In this document: one piece after another, positions 15,001-21,000 of the stretch
Layout of the letters: every line of letters starts with the position of its first letter
How positions within the stretch are numbered: position 1 is the first letter of the stretch
Origin: an uncultured Planctomycetia bacterium
GTDB lineage: Bacteria > Omnitrophota > Gorgyraeia > Tantalellales > Tantalellaceae
Direction of reading: 5' to 3'
Length of the DNA: 64,000 nt
NCBI GenBank assembly: GCA_964409365.1
Contig: CAYPCX010000002.1
Coordinates: forward strand, 160,984 to 224,983
Notes under the pieces: model-generated
Seen by the model: only the letters and a program-made list of their open reading frames with translations
The model's database searches: none
Told to the model about the DNA's origin: nothing
Made by a program: the position numbers and the translations under genes

Positions 15001-17530
15001 ACTTAACGAAAGTCTGGACAGCCTCACGGAGTTCTATAGAAGGTCATTGGAGACGCTCGAGAAGACTTCCGAAGAAGTGGATGAACGCCTACAAAGGACG
15101 CTCTTTTCGGGCCTGGGCATTGTCGAGTTCAAGCAGGGGGAAAGCCTTAGAGCCGAAGGGAAAGATGAAGAGGCCCGGAAAGAGTACAAAAATGCCGTGG
15201 GCCACCTGAAAAAAGGAGACGGCACGCTTTCCTCGCGTTCATATTTGGTCAAATCCCGTGTTCGCTCGGGGAGGGGGCCCGTGAATTCATTCAGGGCCCG
15301 GTGGACGGCTTTCGGCATGTGGAGGGAAGCATCCGCTTCCACCCTCACGAAAGAATCGTTGAAAGAAACGGGGTTCGCGGGAGCCGTTTTTGCCGTTTCC
15401 GCCGCTTTTGCGGTAGGCCTCTTCTCGGGTTTCATGGCCCTGAATTATTTCAGTTTTCCGTGGTGGGCCAGCGTAACGAGCGGCATCCTGGGAGGGATCG
15501 TTCTGGGAAGCGTCAGCATGTTCGTGCCCATGCCGGCGATCGCCGGGAAGCCGCCTAAAAAGGTCGCCGCGTTCGAAACGCTGGAGTTCGATATGGATAA
15601 ATTGAGCGCCGAAGACAGGGGATATTTCAACAGAGATAATGATATTACCGTAGGCGATGACTCGGTCTCCAGGGATGAGGTGACGCCGGAGAAAGTTGAA
15701 AAATTCAGGAAATATGTTAGAGACACCAGAGGGACAGAAAAGATAACGCACGCGGAGACGGGTGTTGTTTTTGAGGTCGATAAGGGTATTACTGACAAAT
15801 TGGGGATCGAGGGGGTTACGGATATCCTGAACACTTCCATGCGGAAGCTGATAGAGACCCATCTGGCAAGGGATGGACTTGAGGGAAGGCCCATATTCGT
15901 CTCCATCCTCGACTCCTCGCCACACCTCTTCGAAGACTGCGTTGAGAACGATTTCATAGGAATAAACAGATATATTATTGACAAGATAGATGAGATAGGC
16001 GCCGAAACGGCGAAAGACCTTCTTATCCTGGGCATAAGCCATGAATTATATCATGAAATAGGGCCCAAACCTGCGCTGGAACCTGCCGCATTGAGGTTCA
16101 GCCAGGATGTATTCAGGGATTTTGCCCCTGCCCGGCAGCAGGAGATCCTGGCACAACTGGGGAAAGTATGTGCGGATAGAAATCTGGCCCGGCTTACTTC
16201 CCGCCTGATGATAGGTATTGTGGATAGAGAAGATCTGAATAAGTTGCGCGAGAAGTATTCGGACCTGGAAAAGTATCCTGGTATGCGGGATATACAATTT
16301 GTGGAAGTTGCTGGAACGAACCTCGATGAAAGGGCCGCATATCTGGAGAGAATGCCGGGATTACCGGCCCGTATTATCGCCGATATGTCCTTGAGTGAAA
16401 TAGAAACCAATATTGGAAATATTACCAAGCAGCTCCGGTTACAGTCCTTCGTGATCATGTCCCCGTACCTGGCGGCTTTAGATGCCGAGGGTATCAGCAG
16501 TTTGAATGACGAAGATCTTAATAGCGCGATGAAGGCGATACGGGAAGCGTTGCCCGCAGAAGTGCCCTTTGATGTGGATAATATCCTGGGATCCCTTTCC
16601 GCGGCGTATGCGCCTGAGGCGGATATGTCCAAGCTTGCGGATAGCGTAAGCGAGAGGCCGGAGATCGAAGACGTCTGGGTACGGGAAAATGTAGGAGCGT
16701 TAAAGGCATACAGCGCTGACAGGAGCAAAGAGAACGCGAACAGGCTGTTGGCTTTACGGGCGAAATTCGGCGAATTTCTGAGCGGGAAGACACTTAAGCA
16801 GATCGGCCGGATCATGGTGAGGGCCCGCAACATTGCCCTGGCCCAGAGCATGGAAGACCAGGGTCTGGGCCTTCTTGGCAAGTTAAGGGGCAGGGAGGTC
16901 GTTCCGGAGGAACGGGTTTCCGGCCAGCAGGCCATAGTGGTAGATACACGCAGAGATTCAAAATTGAACTTGAAAGCGATGCTACCCACACTGGTGGACT
17001 TTGCCCGCAGGGATAACAAGCTGCAGGTATTTGCGATTACAGACGAAGAAGGCGATCTGATGCGGGATATGGCTGAAGTTCTTCCCGGTGTGGAGAAACC
17101 CGATAATCTGAAAGAAGTGCCAGGGTTGACGAGAGAAAACCTCATTGAAAGGCTTAAGGAATTAGGCATACCTATGTCGGCTGTTTCAATAGCTACCGGA
17201 GATTCCGCGTTCATAAAAGATAATGTTATACCTTATGTGAAGGCGGAAGGGGCGAAGAGCGCGAATTTCGTGATAGCCGGAAGACCCGATGATGAGGCGA
17301 CTAACAGGTTCGTTCCGTCAACGATGGTCATGGGTCTTGTCCAGCGTGCCGCGGACGAAAATAATACGCCCAGCATAATAGCGCTGGGTAAGGTCGCGGA
17401 GGCCCTGGAAGGCAGATTAAACGGCCTTTCGCGAGAAAAGCTTATACATTTTACGAGGATAACGAAGATAGATTTCGGCGAGATCAGGCAGCAGATAAAC
17501 GCGATTATCCAAACCGCCATCGCCCTGTAA
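2..17530 (+). CDS. Giant TPR/coiled-coil membrane protein (gene 1), 5'-truncated, >5,840 aa
   Basis: The frame is open from base 2 (YADADKLKKEIDKLTGELAEYVQ...), so the GTG at 65 is probably internal. Stop is TAA at 17528-17530. TM clusters lie at ~3150-3370, ~4170-4330, ~10410-10580 and ~15380-15530. It also has TPR-like helices, a coiled coil at ~8150-8560 and HELYH at 16040-16054. Confidence 0.93.
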   Translation, partial: YADADKLKKEIDKLTGELAEYVQKESADPLTGFHDVQRRWVSSNDEIEDRLTGNVRAALSGILVQKLGASEETAETAREVHMAVMEGRYKDARETMMQEGIGEERTVEILQAVIALMEHDYTEAEQALTKQDISESAAKEMVNRSKRARDALRVMTAVRGRRYDEAEYILVERYKIDATTAGSIIDGLKAGQSDAIIELTGVLKTSDVAARAETADEIKSAVREREALELEWKVYTEAAKREKERQNTMVRKNQDKRITIKEQSRIDAMIRSITGDDQKLANYAKNFFYFEASGLVQLALERAGLTWKDCLADRRNELKFLEQLSEVLHGQYGITLEDGFVFENILSDLRKKDLIWMPGIRKTRRDQIEQKDIVTFITEFIVPESRYYDPETLKDYMQAVKSDYFEKERDKKGAARWWHGVKMRAWLGLDFLDRGKGLAKEAAKLSVKKRQAEFTEKKRAAKMEKLAKEMGISVDELVKRYKDALSNAFLDTKGLDRPLTKVLGELTEDLDVESTVPGSGEELKNKLREKAHSEGAFKLLVWVERLDASGKNAEEFYEMAEAEAGKFDRETKTDKETDISAEDVGSTQRAVEERKITRYAHERGEHLRVARTAKRAELPVIELPVKKKEGEEEQAVREEEPPARDTTVELKFQAQEQKARETPEPDKAIVYGKEELGEKELPEVSAKRDDAVKDKRIDAQKKEVEASGEKQEVMDKATEIKVEIDGKEVIVPTVLLEETEGPAAAARAMVAAQARAYEKAHAAGLPVPGPPEESHVVFVGKAAKAFEELDEERQKEAVKEALSCEEVREAPEDLRKYVVVKDLTQVETTSEEGEEVGYHREYGVVAASPETASEMMQVWGEWTKSGREDAAAAAKKFNGLFGKRSGYADVLGGHFFYRSESARTLDEGSVKAWSLIDGEKRDAGFRRYTGQLAVIQQAGAAKLREHARQKERGEAPDRPDWDVVLANPYMRRIVESKDEVKIEFNAEGKVRVGESGWLDEKSFRDEVEKMEKGVKYPGIGAFELKGPDWWERVLNWVRNEGFGSRKWLSAEVIPIGGLTGTALIVTGSILTVLCSWWGIAAILLGVAVGMMLGNVRVSMVSVIGFFILLSKAFWDFGVFVFKDTLWKRGGVRILQSLREARTDEGLLREYYAPEEFSGWEKQDEANRDRSINAFSARIDTEFTVEEKNKLAGCGTSAELYRESAKILERDALHPDCSSARRERLLEQSYRLAMVSHLSDEEDKETLRVLARISGERGDYDNVIKFGEKALGPEREQIGFVGGVFAELRDRVGFIGIPPEAQDIAAVLYEAYTRKGKMRQREKIKKGMTRKALRQGVERVRAIPEEEKEEAGFWKRSYQNSLLTRRITGFFKKYSSWESFKGLLGNRHFQAGMGIFSLISWIAWAFGLKLLTAAAFLLLGKVVLAAACVIAVIDFIVLPFWRWYRAFSMDWATAGYRQEALMILRGEDVRTAVELAEQNQDEADQILDAFDSTLVSGAGRFFFWLAPFFFDEKTVSSILNSAEYYLNHIEDREAGMNRAEKLLRPLQTIGGRAFILRPGNRELRERLDLLEGLVRIRKGETDIVVAGRPLSGVTGEFFDDKGKLKDDINAETLGVLAQAFEAQAREEERETVIGKLEGLRDVFLPKPDEEEVVGGDGKVISEDKKAYVTGRDIRSEEKRKEFDSLNNMVARLRKGEKGEETIKGKEEGSKKATDARAGVEKREEVSVPEAEEEPAKPEIVRSAGELEEERKILEAKYRQAPGDMDTRKELVKVHRDLAKAYAKEEETAWFPRRWWRRLRGIRQWNLEEAVRLAREGDTYIDGGLAAERLIEHGIDHVYGAPWYRRFYEGRLIKDMGLIREALDTVRQKIESREPLSDEEKELMAVAFSNLQKLTAMLLDTRWARDLHHPRAGPIKVLLVEGLSPVLEFFASRAPTEEITAETIDAAKEMKNVVDEKLKEDLSNLRPWWWQRIGLRYGLWSLGRRLGKVQRAIDDAKRDQKVEGIDRTRDIEGFNDEKRKILEVTAKTRLHLLVINASRAKAIEKDPAEAWGFIVRVLGGDIDKCVGECTASGAIYTDHDKFMEMIENKVAEAEKEAGVEVPDIVKAMFLRRFEVAWAEANRRQYSDKQLEDMKKRLVELTTEERKRASKEITGEEERIKRLTKAPLGEIFIAPVPDPDLPDAFKAWLSQRREQFLEKAGNVILNKMLGEVEKLLKKQPEDIGLLALRKDLLRRIYVGTAMEEAKTEERDVVVTDRIEDFIDTCLFIMELSDDPAQREEVRDELRDLLSRMPPGERTKFSDKVQKRIKEARKEAERPDAMKKDIDRYAGFLGAAFYLVDEIPVKREIVQELFELAREKDDPGVLAIAEETGKSLLDLNFTGQPDQLKEFVKFLLLTYPEGDPDRAISVFDFLKGTIKGLRQKAIETARVDLDKVFRFETIRIIGEVLTDEANTGSLISMAPGPLPEKDRYLSSLHNLYISLEKTESDISAEKERLETEPARLQAFEDKVKGLVSVLEECKKRLGKKERTEKGIAVYTPGSIKETLHDTRREIELEARRGYWQALRNDAEASYREGENKAAADDEEGSEKAYEAAIETGKKMIKDGRETGYITGRGGVADDVDKETADMARDVNDRIILSYRGLIRSLERQGKPAEAAEKEFEMRHWAADNNNTLQNVPGDERVAAEKARERMIRMEPDKAELFRDAAKARSSLHEDTYKAARAKGKELDETRKKIDETAKEISASRKKADGIRQDIKQREAEEKTFRDRIKDIRARIAKNLAGGESILQQEPLFQEALKEQFRLEEKREELKKLREQLDEEEKKVEEQRKGKEDLEGTLEKQKLELELIEDRQKAESANMSVPIDFGEERDSFQRSTIDYIRAIELAEKDKQDIADGAAEGLVYLSGTPENTGFILGRVQQSLDSLDERIRDRKKRRLARQRLEKAKIGILQGLLETKEKSGREALMDEMRTVTEETAQVTVTVEGKPFTVTVDSVELLEFLTEEKDYASAELLVSVAGNNRENIPGVIARQKLLQRMHEDTGLAEEVDVGPDGSLFEEFAYATTKDEEEDIEDPFERGGKVNDKKNALARSLGGLFGFKELVDAVRARHAAETPWEKMDEGVQRELVADSLSFAALNSWIDTGGKVTPELKSELAGAEDFAELGSRIDREREAPEELRSELFRQETELAMLKSRVSRRMNVAEEIRAEADRVNLSVEARDRAKALGLYEEAIEAGLDSRSETMVHFQMGDTYERMKSRSNAIESYKKVLEKGGDEDEVLRNRAYRHLIDLYGELDMPLDVLTLHESRARSLHEMAEKAEDLRIKRDALGKALVAVDRALALEPVDGTSLALKARILNSQADLFRDEGRMNRAFRICEEVLFRPDANLAWWSRLYNGIFQRAKMKAVSRTEEAELEARKVRAEIHAMKGNEREAYRDAQRIEDMGEPTVKTHMIAADTVQKPIPGLKFLGMFLKYGWPVILTAVLAFLIPQLGAMGSFLGKLPGWASFLSRWMPWISITVFAGVGEVGSLWARRNKAQLEKAKEHLLRAVEAEPKNAEANDRLFEVMKELKDHEGIEEQCKKEEEVIKDDRTKRDRLDVLKRRRAVALLRRQQDRIRECVDDPEAAGEVKEAIEEARKIVKDTTDTEGVENEIKGLGSMMPMRRPPRTRMVSVMGFWVRRTRDPGEHNTHELQLASLLQALGRQDEARKRMEELVLREDVSENTREEAKKALAEDYKARAAEETEESKAIDMYSEALARDPNNAEALLERGILLSKRTGFEDLARDDIARALEMGQPLEKEKADEGYRFLEGYYFEHGDYESWLDVREKTRVKWEGFEAGRPGIAEAQKVNTEADSMVENIGKWGRARSRIAELERRKERRGEAFEAEYEAEIRSLRGIRNPLEGRGDDLDLVNRLLALAQKFANEGETDKAIDILNAVVEAARGKPLEVRARFVLAGVYEKADRGGELDAEIEDLKKLEDGMSANEKVGLMLMEAARRAKADTGKGIREGFEILREVIRLGLIHNDKIAGEWFAAMDRLINAHRAWQQREDKEETDEYSDRALHTNISYTMTVIGEESQKGPAHRVILSPENVRKMSDIILSDDMPVVSRDVAESLLFEGNELVPDESRVAVFEHLGQRFQKAITEGESFDKDSYRELFSKWRARDRFKDVCGKGLGLIYASKGSSIFAWWYLGRKGLRESGMTAFNDYMRARRYESLIGPWYPNAIVHAVRNYEKALRGGIRQREIHMRLAGLYGRLNNEKKVFEHSEKVRELSETDKEKAAAETELANAYFNRIKGWWFGLRRRRNAIALFDDAEKMLDLTGDRGLDEETAKVVIGKLGSAEKVLKRSYTGDGFLWRKKAWRWVTGSPAPRVPRDVRIRGMYLKGQCYLALNTEEGTREAWEQFDEINKIDGRDERGLMGLRECALRDGMENEAMRYHEQALALGSSLAQEESKDMAAIYKNKADKGKDITVRMPLEQEPVPLTPLDCLERAASLDPEDEELKLVLAEARFENGEVQKSLEVLNALRDKEEPGGFEGLRERTQKAGKDGAVIAVRAQELNDRISGRVAREEERDRITGKYPVKGGVEIYTRTVEQLAEAEGKARDIDVKVREIATARAEIVSKGETVSPEQLDEWRRDVIAFGLPGRITKSDVEKMGTDELLLQLEERKNELARAARVHEQKLSGIDISAVPSVVAKRLLNLAQSVREAGKPHQALVIARSAEKIKGVSPDIGIDIKFTMASCHADLNQFKEAKDIYGDLQKRPDSSGIRARLALMGLEDNKARSGISKLEQDKTITDADRTARIKTVRIERDRAIIKLGEGLPGEFANLAEEEKTKFRENADLNKELIQGFRRFFEVLRGRGGSEDIAAIIEQLSNIASIFNLGTLSQDVNFKENAEIGNFILSELNMILSNESLKSEVDMEAGHFKKLAGALNNMAIYSMNTAVMIALIDFFLNSDGKFKGILFNVLSTQKKAFTQEQSFKVADRLDGRLRDRKETGLNESLDSLTEFYRRSLETLEKTSEEVDERLQRTLFSGLGIVEFKQGESLRAEGKDEEARKEYKNAVGHLKKGDGTLSSRSYLVKSRVRSGRGPVNSFRARWTAFGMWREASASTLTKESLKETGFAGAVFAVSAAFAVGLFSGFMALNYFSFPWWASVTSGILGGIVLGSVSMFVPMPAIAGKPPKKVAAFETLEFDMDKLSAEDRGYFNRDNDITVGDDSVSRDEVTPEKVEKFRKYVRDTRGTEKITHAETGVVFEVDKGITDKLGIEGVTDILNTSMRKLIETHLARDGLEGRPIFVSILDSSPHLFEDCVENDFIGINRYIIDKIDEIGAETAKDLLILGISHELYHEIGPKPALEPAALRFSQDVFRDFAPARQQEILAQLGKVCADRNLARLTSRLMIGIVDREDLNKLREKYSDLEKYPGMRDIQFVEVAGTNLDERAAYLERMPGLPARIIADMSLSEIETNIGNITKQLRLQSFVIMSPYLAALDAEGISSLNDEDLNSAMKAIREALPAEVPFDVDNILGSLSAAYAPEADMSKLADSVSERPEIEDVWVRENVGALKAYSADRSKENANRLLALRAKFGEFLSGKTLKQIGRIMVRARNIALAQSMEDQGLGLLGKLRGREVVPEERVSGQQAIVVDTRRDSKLNLKAMLPTLVDFARRDNKLQVFAITDEEGDLMRDMAEVLPGVEKPDNLKEVPGLTRENLIERLKELGIPMSAVSIATGDSAFIKDNVIPYVKAEGAKSANFVIAGRPDDEATNRFVPSTMVMGLVQRAADENNTPSIIALGKVAEALEGRLNGLSREKLIHFTRITKIDFGEIRQQINAIIQTAIAL
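9640..14350 (+). other. TPR-like repeat region of gene 1
   Basis: Segments match the TPR pattern, e.g. ALGLYEEAIE..VHFQMGDTYERMKSRSNAIESYKKVLE, AIDMYSEALARDPNNAEALLERGILL and CLERAASLDPEDEELKLVLAEARFENGEVQKSLEVL. Confidence 0.8.
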
Positions 17531-17546
17531 CACAAAGGAGGTGGCG

Positions 17547-17580
17547 AAGGGGTGGGTACCCCTCGGGGCGCCCACCCCTT
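17547..17580 (+). terminator. GC-rich hairpin after the gene 1 stop (terminator or 3'-stabilising stem, copy 1)
   Basis: AAGGGGTGGG (17547-17556) pairs with CCCACCCCTT (17571-17580), with an inner CCCC/GGGG stem. There is no long U-tract, so intrinsic termination is uncertain. Confidence 0.55.
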
Positions 17581-17670
17581 GAAGTGTACACACCCGAAGT
17601 GTACACACCCGATGTGTAGGCACGGTTAATGATCCAAACCGCCATCGCCCGGCAACACAAGGAGGTGGCG

Positions 17671-17700
17671 AAGGGGGGTGCCCCTATGGAGCACCCCCTT
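17671..17700 (+). terminator. GC-rich hairpin, copy 2
   Basis: AAGGGGGGTGC...GCACCCCCTT, followed by CTTATAT (weak U-rich tail). Confidence 0.55.
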
Positions 17701-17774
17701 CTTATATACACACCCGGTGTATACACCCGATGTGTGAGGATGGTTAAGGTGGAAAATAGTTGGATAATAGGGTA

Positions 17775-17802
17775 TTGACGTATTCTGAAAATGTGGTAAA
17801 AT
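17775..17802 (+). promoter_or_regulatory. Sigma70-type promoter P1 for gene 2
   Basis: TTGACG (17775-17780), 16-bp spacer, then extended -10 TGgTAAAAT (TAAAAT at 17797-17802). Confidence 0.7.
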
Positions 17803-17884
17803 GAGATATCGGTTAGGAAAATAGAAAGCCTAGTTAGATAGAGGTTAGGGTGAAACAGGGTATCAGAAGATTAGGTTTTTTATT

Positions 17885-17899
17885 TTATCTTTGAAAAGT
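17885..17899 (+). promoter_or_regulatory. Putative boxA (NusB/NusE) antitermination element
   Basis: TTATCTTTGAAAAGT resembles the TCTTTGAAAA form of rrn boxA found in many non-enteric bacteria. It lies downstream of P1. The AT-rich context makes a chance match possible. Confidence 0.35.
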
Positions 17900-17928
17900 T
17901 AAGGTACAAAATAGCCAGAAATAACACA

Positions 17929-17956
17929 TTGACTAATGTTAAAAATGTGTTAAAAT
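17929..17956 (+). promoter_or_regulatory. Sigma70-type promoter P2 for gene 2, overlapped by a 9-bp inverted repeat
   Basis: TTGACT (17929-17934), 16-bp spacer, then TGtTAAAAT (TAAAAT at 17951-17956). Inverted repeat TAACACATT (17922-17930) / AATGTGTTA (17944-17952). Confidence 0.72.
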
Positions 17957-18038
17957 AGGTTATATGTGGTTAGGCTAAAAAAAAGCCAATAAGGTTAGGT
18001 TAGGGTTAGGTTGAGTAAGTAAAGGCAGGTTAGGTATT

Positions 18039-21000
18039 ATGGACGCTTGGCAAATAATAAAGACTTGGCAAACAAAAAGACGCTTGGCAGATCATGACCG
18101 CTTGGCAGAGCATGGCCATGATGGCTTGGCACAAAAGAAGGCTTGGCAAACTATGAATACAAAGAACGCTTGGCAAAGTGATAAGAAATATTACATAGGG
18201 GAAGAAGATTCCATACAGGGCGTAGCGACTTGGCGTAAGCGCTATGCCTTTTTTCTTAAAATAGTCAGCATTATACTCATAGCTATATTCACCCACCAGC
18301 AGATCGGGTGGACGCAAGACGGACAACCGGTCTGGGCGCAAGCCAAGCTTTACAATAACACCTACTCCCCGGGCAATGTGAATGTCGACGGGATAGACGT
18401 GCCATATGACATAGCCAACAAGACCGAGGTCGTCATCAACGGCGGCAAGGAAAAGGTCATACACATCCAGGACGCGCACGCCTCGCTCGCGGCGCAGGAA
18501 TCCATAGTCAAGCTCCTGGATTCGCTGGTAAGCAACTATGACCTGAGCCTGATAGCCCTTGAGGGCGCCGAAGGCTACCTGGATACGTCCATTTTGAGCA
18601 CCTTCCCGGACAAGGATATCCGTGACGATACGGCGGCCCACCTGATGAGGGAAGGCCGGATGAGCGCCGGCGAGTTCTTCGCCGTCACGCGCGATACCGC
18701 CGATATCTGCCTTTACGGCGTGGAAAAAGACGAGCTTTACCGCAAGAACCTGGAAAGCTTCCGCGAAGTCGCCGCCGAACGCGCGAGCCTGGTAGGCCAT
18801 ACCAACGCGTTCCTCAGGCAGCTGAAAGCCCTGGAAGAGAAGATATATTCGGACGACCTGCGCCTTTTGAACGATAACGCCACCCTGCACAAGGACGGCA
18901 AGATCAGTTTCCTGGATTACTGGAAGAAGATCAAAAGCCTGGCCGAAAGGTTCAAGATAGATACAGGCGAATACGGTCAGCTTAACAGGCTCCTGGAGAC
19001 GATCGAGCTGGAACAGGAGATAGACTTCACCGAGGCTAATATCGAGCGGCGCAAGCTTGTCGACGAACTAAGCGGCAGGATGAACGAAAAAGAGCTCGAA
19101 GGCCTGGTACTGAAATCGGTGGCTTTCAGAGAGAACAAGGTTTCCCAGGCCGATTTTCATAATTACCTGGTCTCTCTGGCCGAGAACCACGAGGTCCCCC
19201 ACGAGGGATACGCGAACCTCATCAAGTTCGCGCAGTACGTCGCCCTGTACGAGACGATCAACATAATCGGGCTGTATCACGAGGTAGCCCTTTTCGAGGA
19301 CGCCATAAGGGAAAAGCTCTACCGCAACGACGACGAGCGCCGGCTGTACGAAATAGCCATCATGACGTGCATGCTGAAACGGCTGTATAACATGGAGATG
19401 ACCAATGGCGATTACGCTTTCATCAACGCTTACCGCAAGAGTTACAATGCCCGCGAGTTTGCCGGGTTCGCGAAGGACAAATGCCGCAAATACAAGGTCG
19501 CCATCGAAGGCGATTATGACCTTTCCGAGATGCTTTCGGGCATGGATGGAGCGATAGAGTTTTACAGGCTGGCCGAGAGCCGTGACCAGACCATGCTGGC
19601 CAATACCGTAAGGCACATGAGGGCCGAAGGTAAGCACGTAGCGGCGCTTATCACCGGTGGTTACCACACAAAGGGCCTTACGAAGCTGATGAAGGAAAAG
19701 GGCCTTTCGTATCTCGTCATAGCCCCCAAGTTCGAGGAAGGGAAGGAACGTCCGTACATAGCGGTCCTCACCGGCAAGAAGAAGCCTTACCAGAAGCTTC
19801 TCGAGTCCGGCAAATACCAGCTGGCGGTGGAGGCGTATTTTTCGGCGGAGAACTTCGAGGAAAAACTCGTAGATCTCAAAGAGATCATTTCCCGGAACCT
19901 TGCCATAAAAATGGCCGAGATCAGGGATGACAAGAAGATCCGGGGGGCGGAGGAAAGAAATTCCAAAATACAAGAGGGTTTGGACCGGACGAGGCGGTCC
20001 TGGATAGAGCTTTTCAGTCAAAGGTATGAGGCGCACTTTGGAGGGCTGGAGGGCCAAAAGCGGCTGGAAACAATGAACGTGAAACCGATCACCCCGGAGG
20101 AATTCGCGCGCACCATTAATGATGGCATCAAACTGAGCTATAGCTATGGAACAGATATAGTAATAGTGTTTCATGAAGATGAAGCTGAAGCTGAAGAAAA
20201 GGCTGTCATGGCGATAAAGGGACGCGACGGCCAGTATGAACAAGCCGATGAAGTTACCCCCGAAGACATCAAAAAGCTGAGCCCGAGCTCCCGGAGATTT
20301 TCTCCTGTGAAGAGTGCCAGCGAAGAAAAGGCAGGTAAAGAAGGCGGGGAAGTGCTGTATGAAGCCGACCTGTCGACATCCAGAGGAGAGCCGGTGGATA
20401 GAAAACTTCTTAAGAGAGCTTTTTGGAAGTCTCGTGGAGTTCCTCCGATTCCGTGGGGCAGGGTCTTCGAGAAATACGGACTAGAGTACGAAAAGGATTC
20501 CTTTGAGGACCTTAGAGATAGTCTCCCGGAAGCGCAAAAAGCGGACAGGGATCTAAATAAAATACTTGAGCTTGAAGAGATCGACAGACTTACCGACAGC
20601 CATATAGAGATCCTCAGCGGCGCGTTCGATACTATTACTTCCGGGTTGTATGAAGCCCATGTTTACAGCCAGCAGATCAATATTAAGCGGGGTATGAACA
20701 GCTTGCTCGAGCTTACCCCGGAAGGTGAACTGGAACTGGACATCTGTCTTCTGCGAGCGATCGATAAAGAGGTGAAAGGAAATGCGGAGAATATAGGAAA
20801 ATATATTAATGCCCTGGCATGGATGCTCGAGCATGAGCTCTGGCATATCCTTATCAGGTCCGATGACGTGATCGCGGAAGAGCTTGCGGTTATCGCCCTG
20901 AATGTTCATGACTTCCTTATCATGGAACCGGAGACCCAGGAGGCGCTTCTCTGGCTTATGGACAATGCGAATAAGAACGACATAGACGGCAAGAACTTCG

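Larger units (their letters stand above)
17507..17747 (+). repeat. Diverged tandem duplication (period 125 bp) of the gene 1 3' end plus downstream hairpins
   Basis: Copy 1 starts at 17507 (ATCCAAACCGCCATCGCCCTGTAACACAAAGGAGGTGGCGAAGGGG). Copy 2 starts at 17632 (ATCCAAACCGCCATCGCCCGGCAACACAAGGAGGTGGCGAAGGGG). Both continue with a GC-rich hairpin, TACAC(AC)CCG repeats, CCCGATGTGT and GGTTAA. A perfect 15-bp tandem GAAGTGTACACACCC x2 lies at 17581-17610. Confidence 0.92.
17811..18034 (+). repeat. GGTTAGG heptamer array in the gene 2 leader
   Basis: Exact GGTTAGG at 17811, 17843, 17968, 17993, 17998, 18004 and 18028. Variants AGTTAGA (17832), GATTAGG (17869) and AGTTAAGG (17897). The last copy occupies the RBS position before ATG 18039. 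Confidence 0.9.

Noticed and set aside
17629-17778. 49-codon ORF MIQTAIARQHKEVAKGG... in the duplicated unit
   Set aside because: It has no RBS, is a by-product of the duplicated gene 1 end, and runs through hairpins into the P1 -35.
17973-17987. A8 run in a GGCT/AGCC mini-hairpin as a phase-variation tract
   Set aside because: The tract is short and lies downstream of the P2 -10, outside any spacer or coding frame.
18046-18235. CTTGGCA array as sigma54 promoters (TGGCA -24 element)
   Set aside because: None of the seven copies has TTGC/GC at the required -12 position.
17507-18235. Repeats as a CRISPR array
   Set aside because: Repeats are 7 nt with 10-20 nt linkers, or two diverged 125-bp units. 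There is no 23-47 nt repeat with unique spacers and no cas genes.
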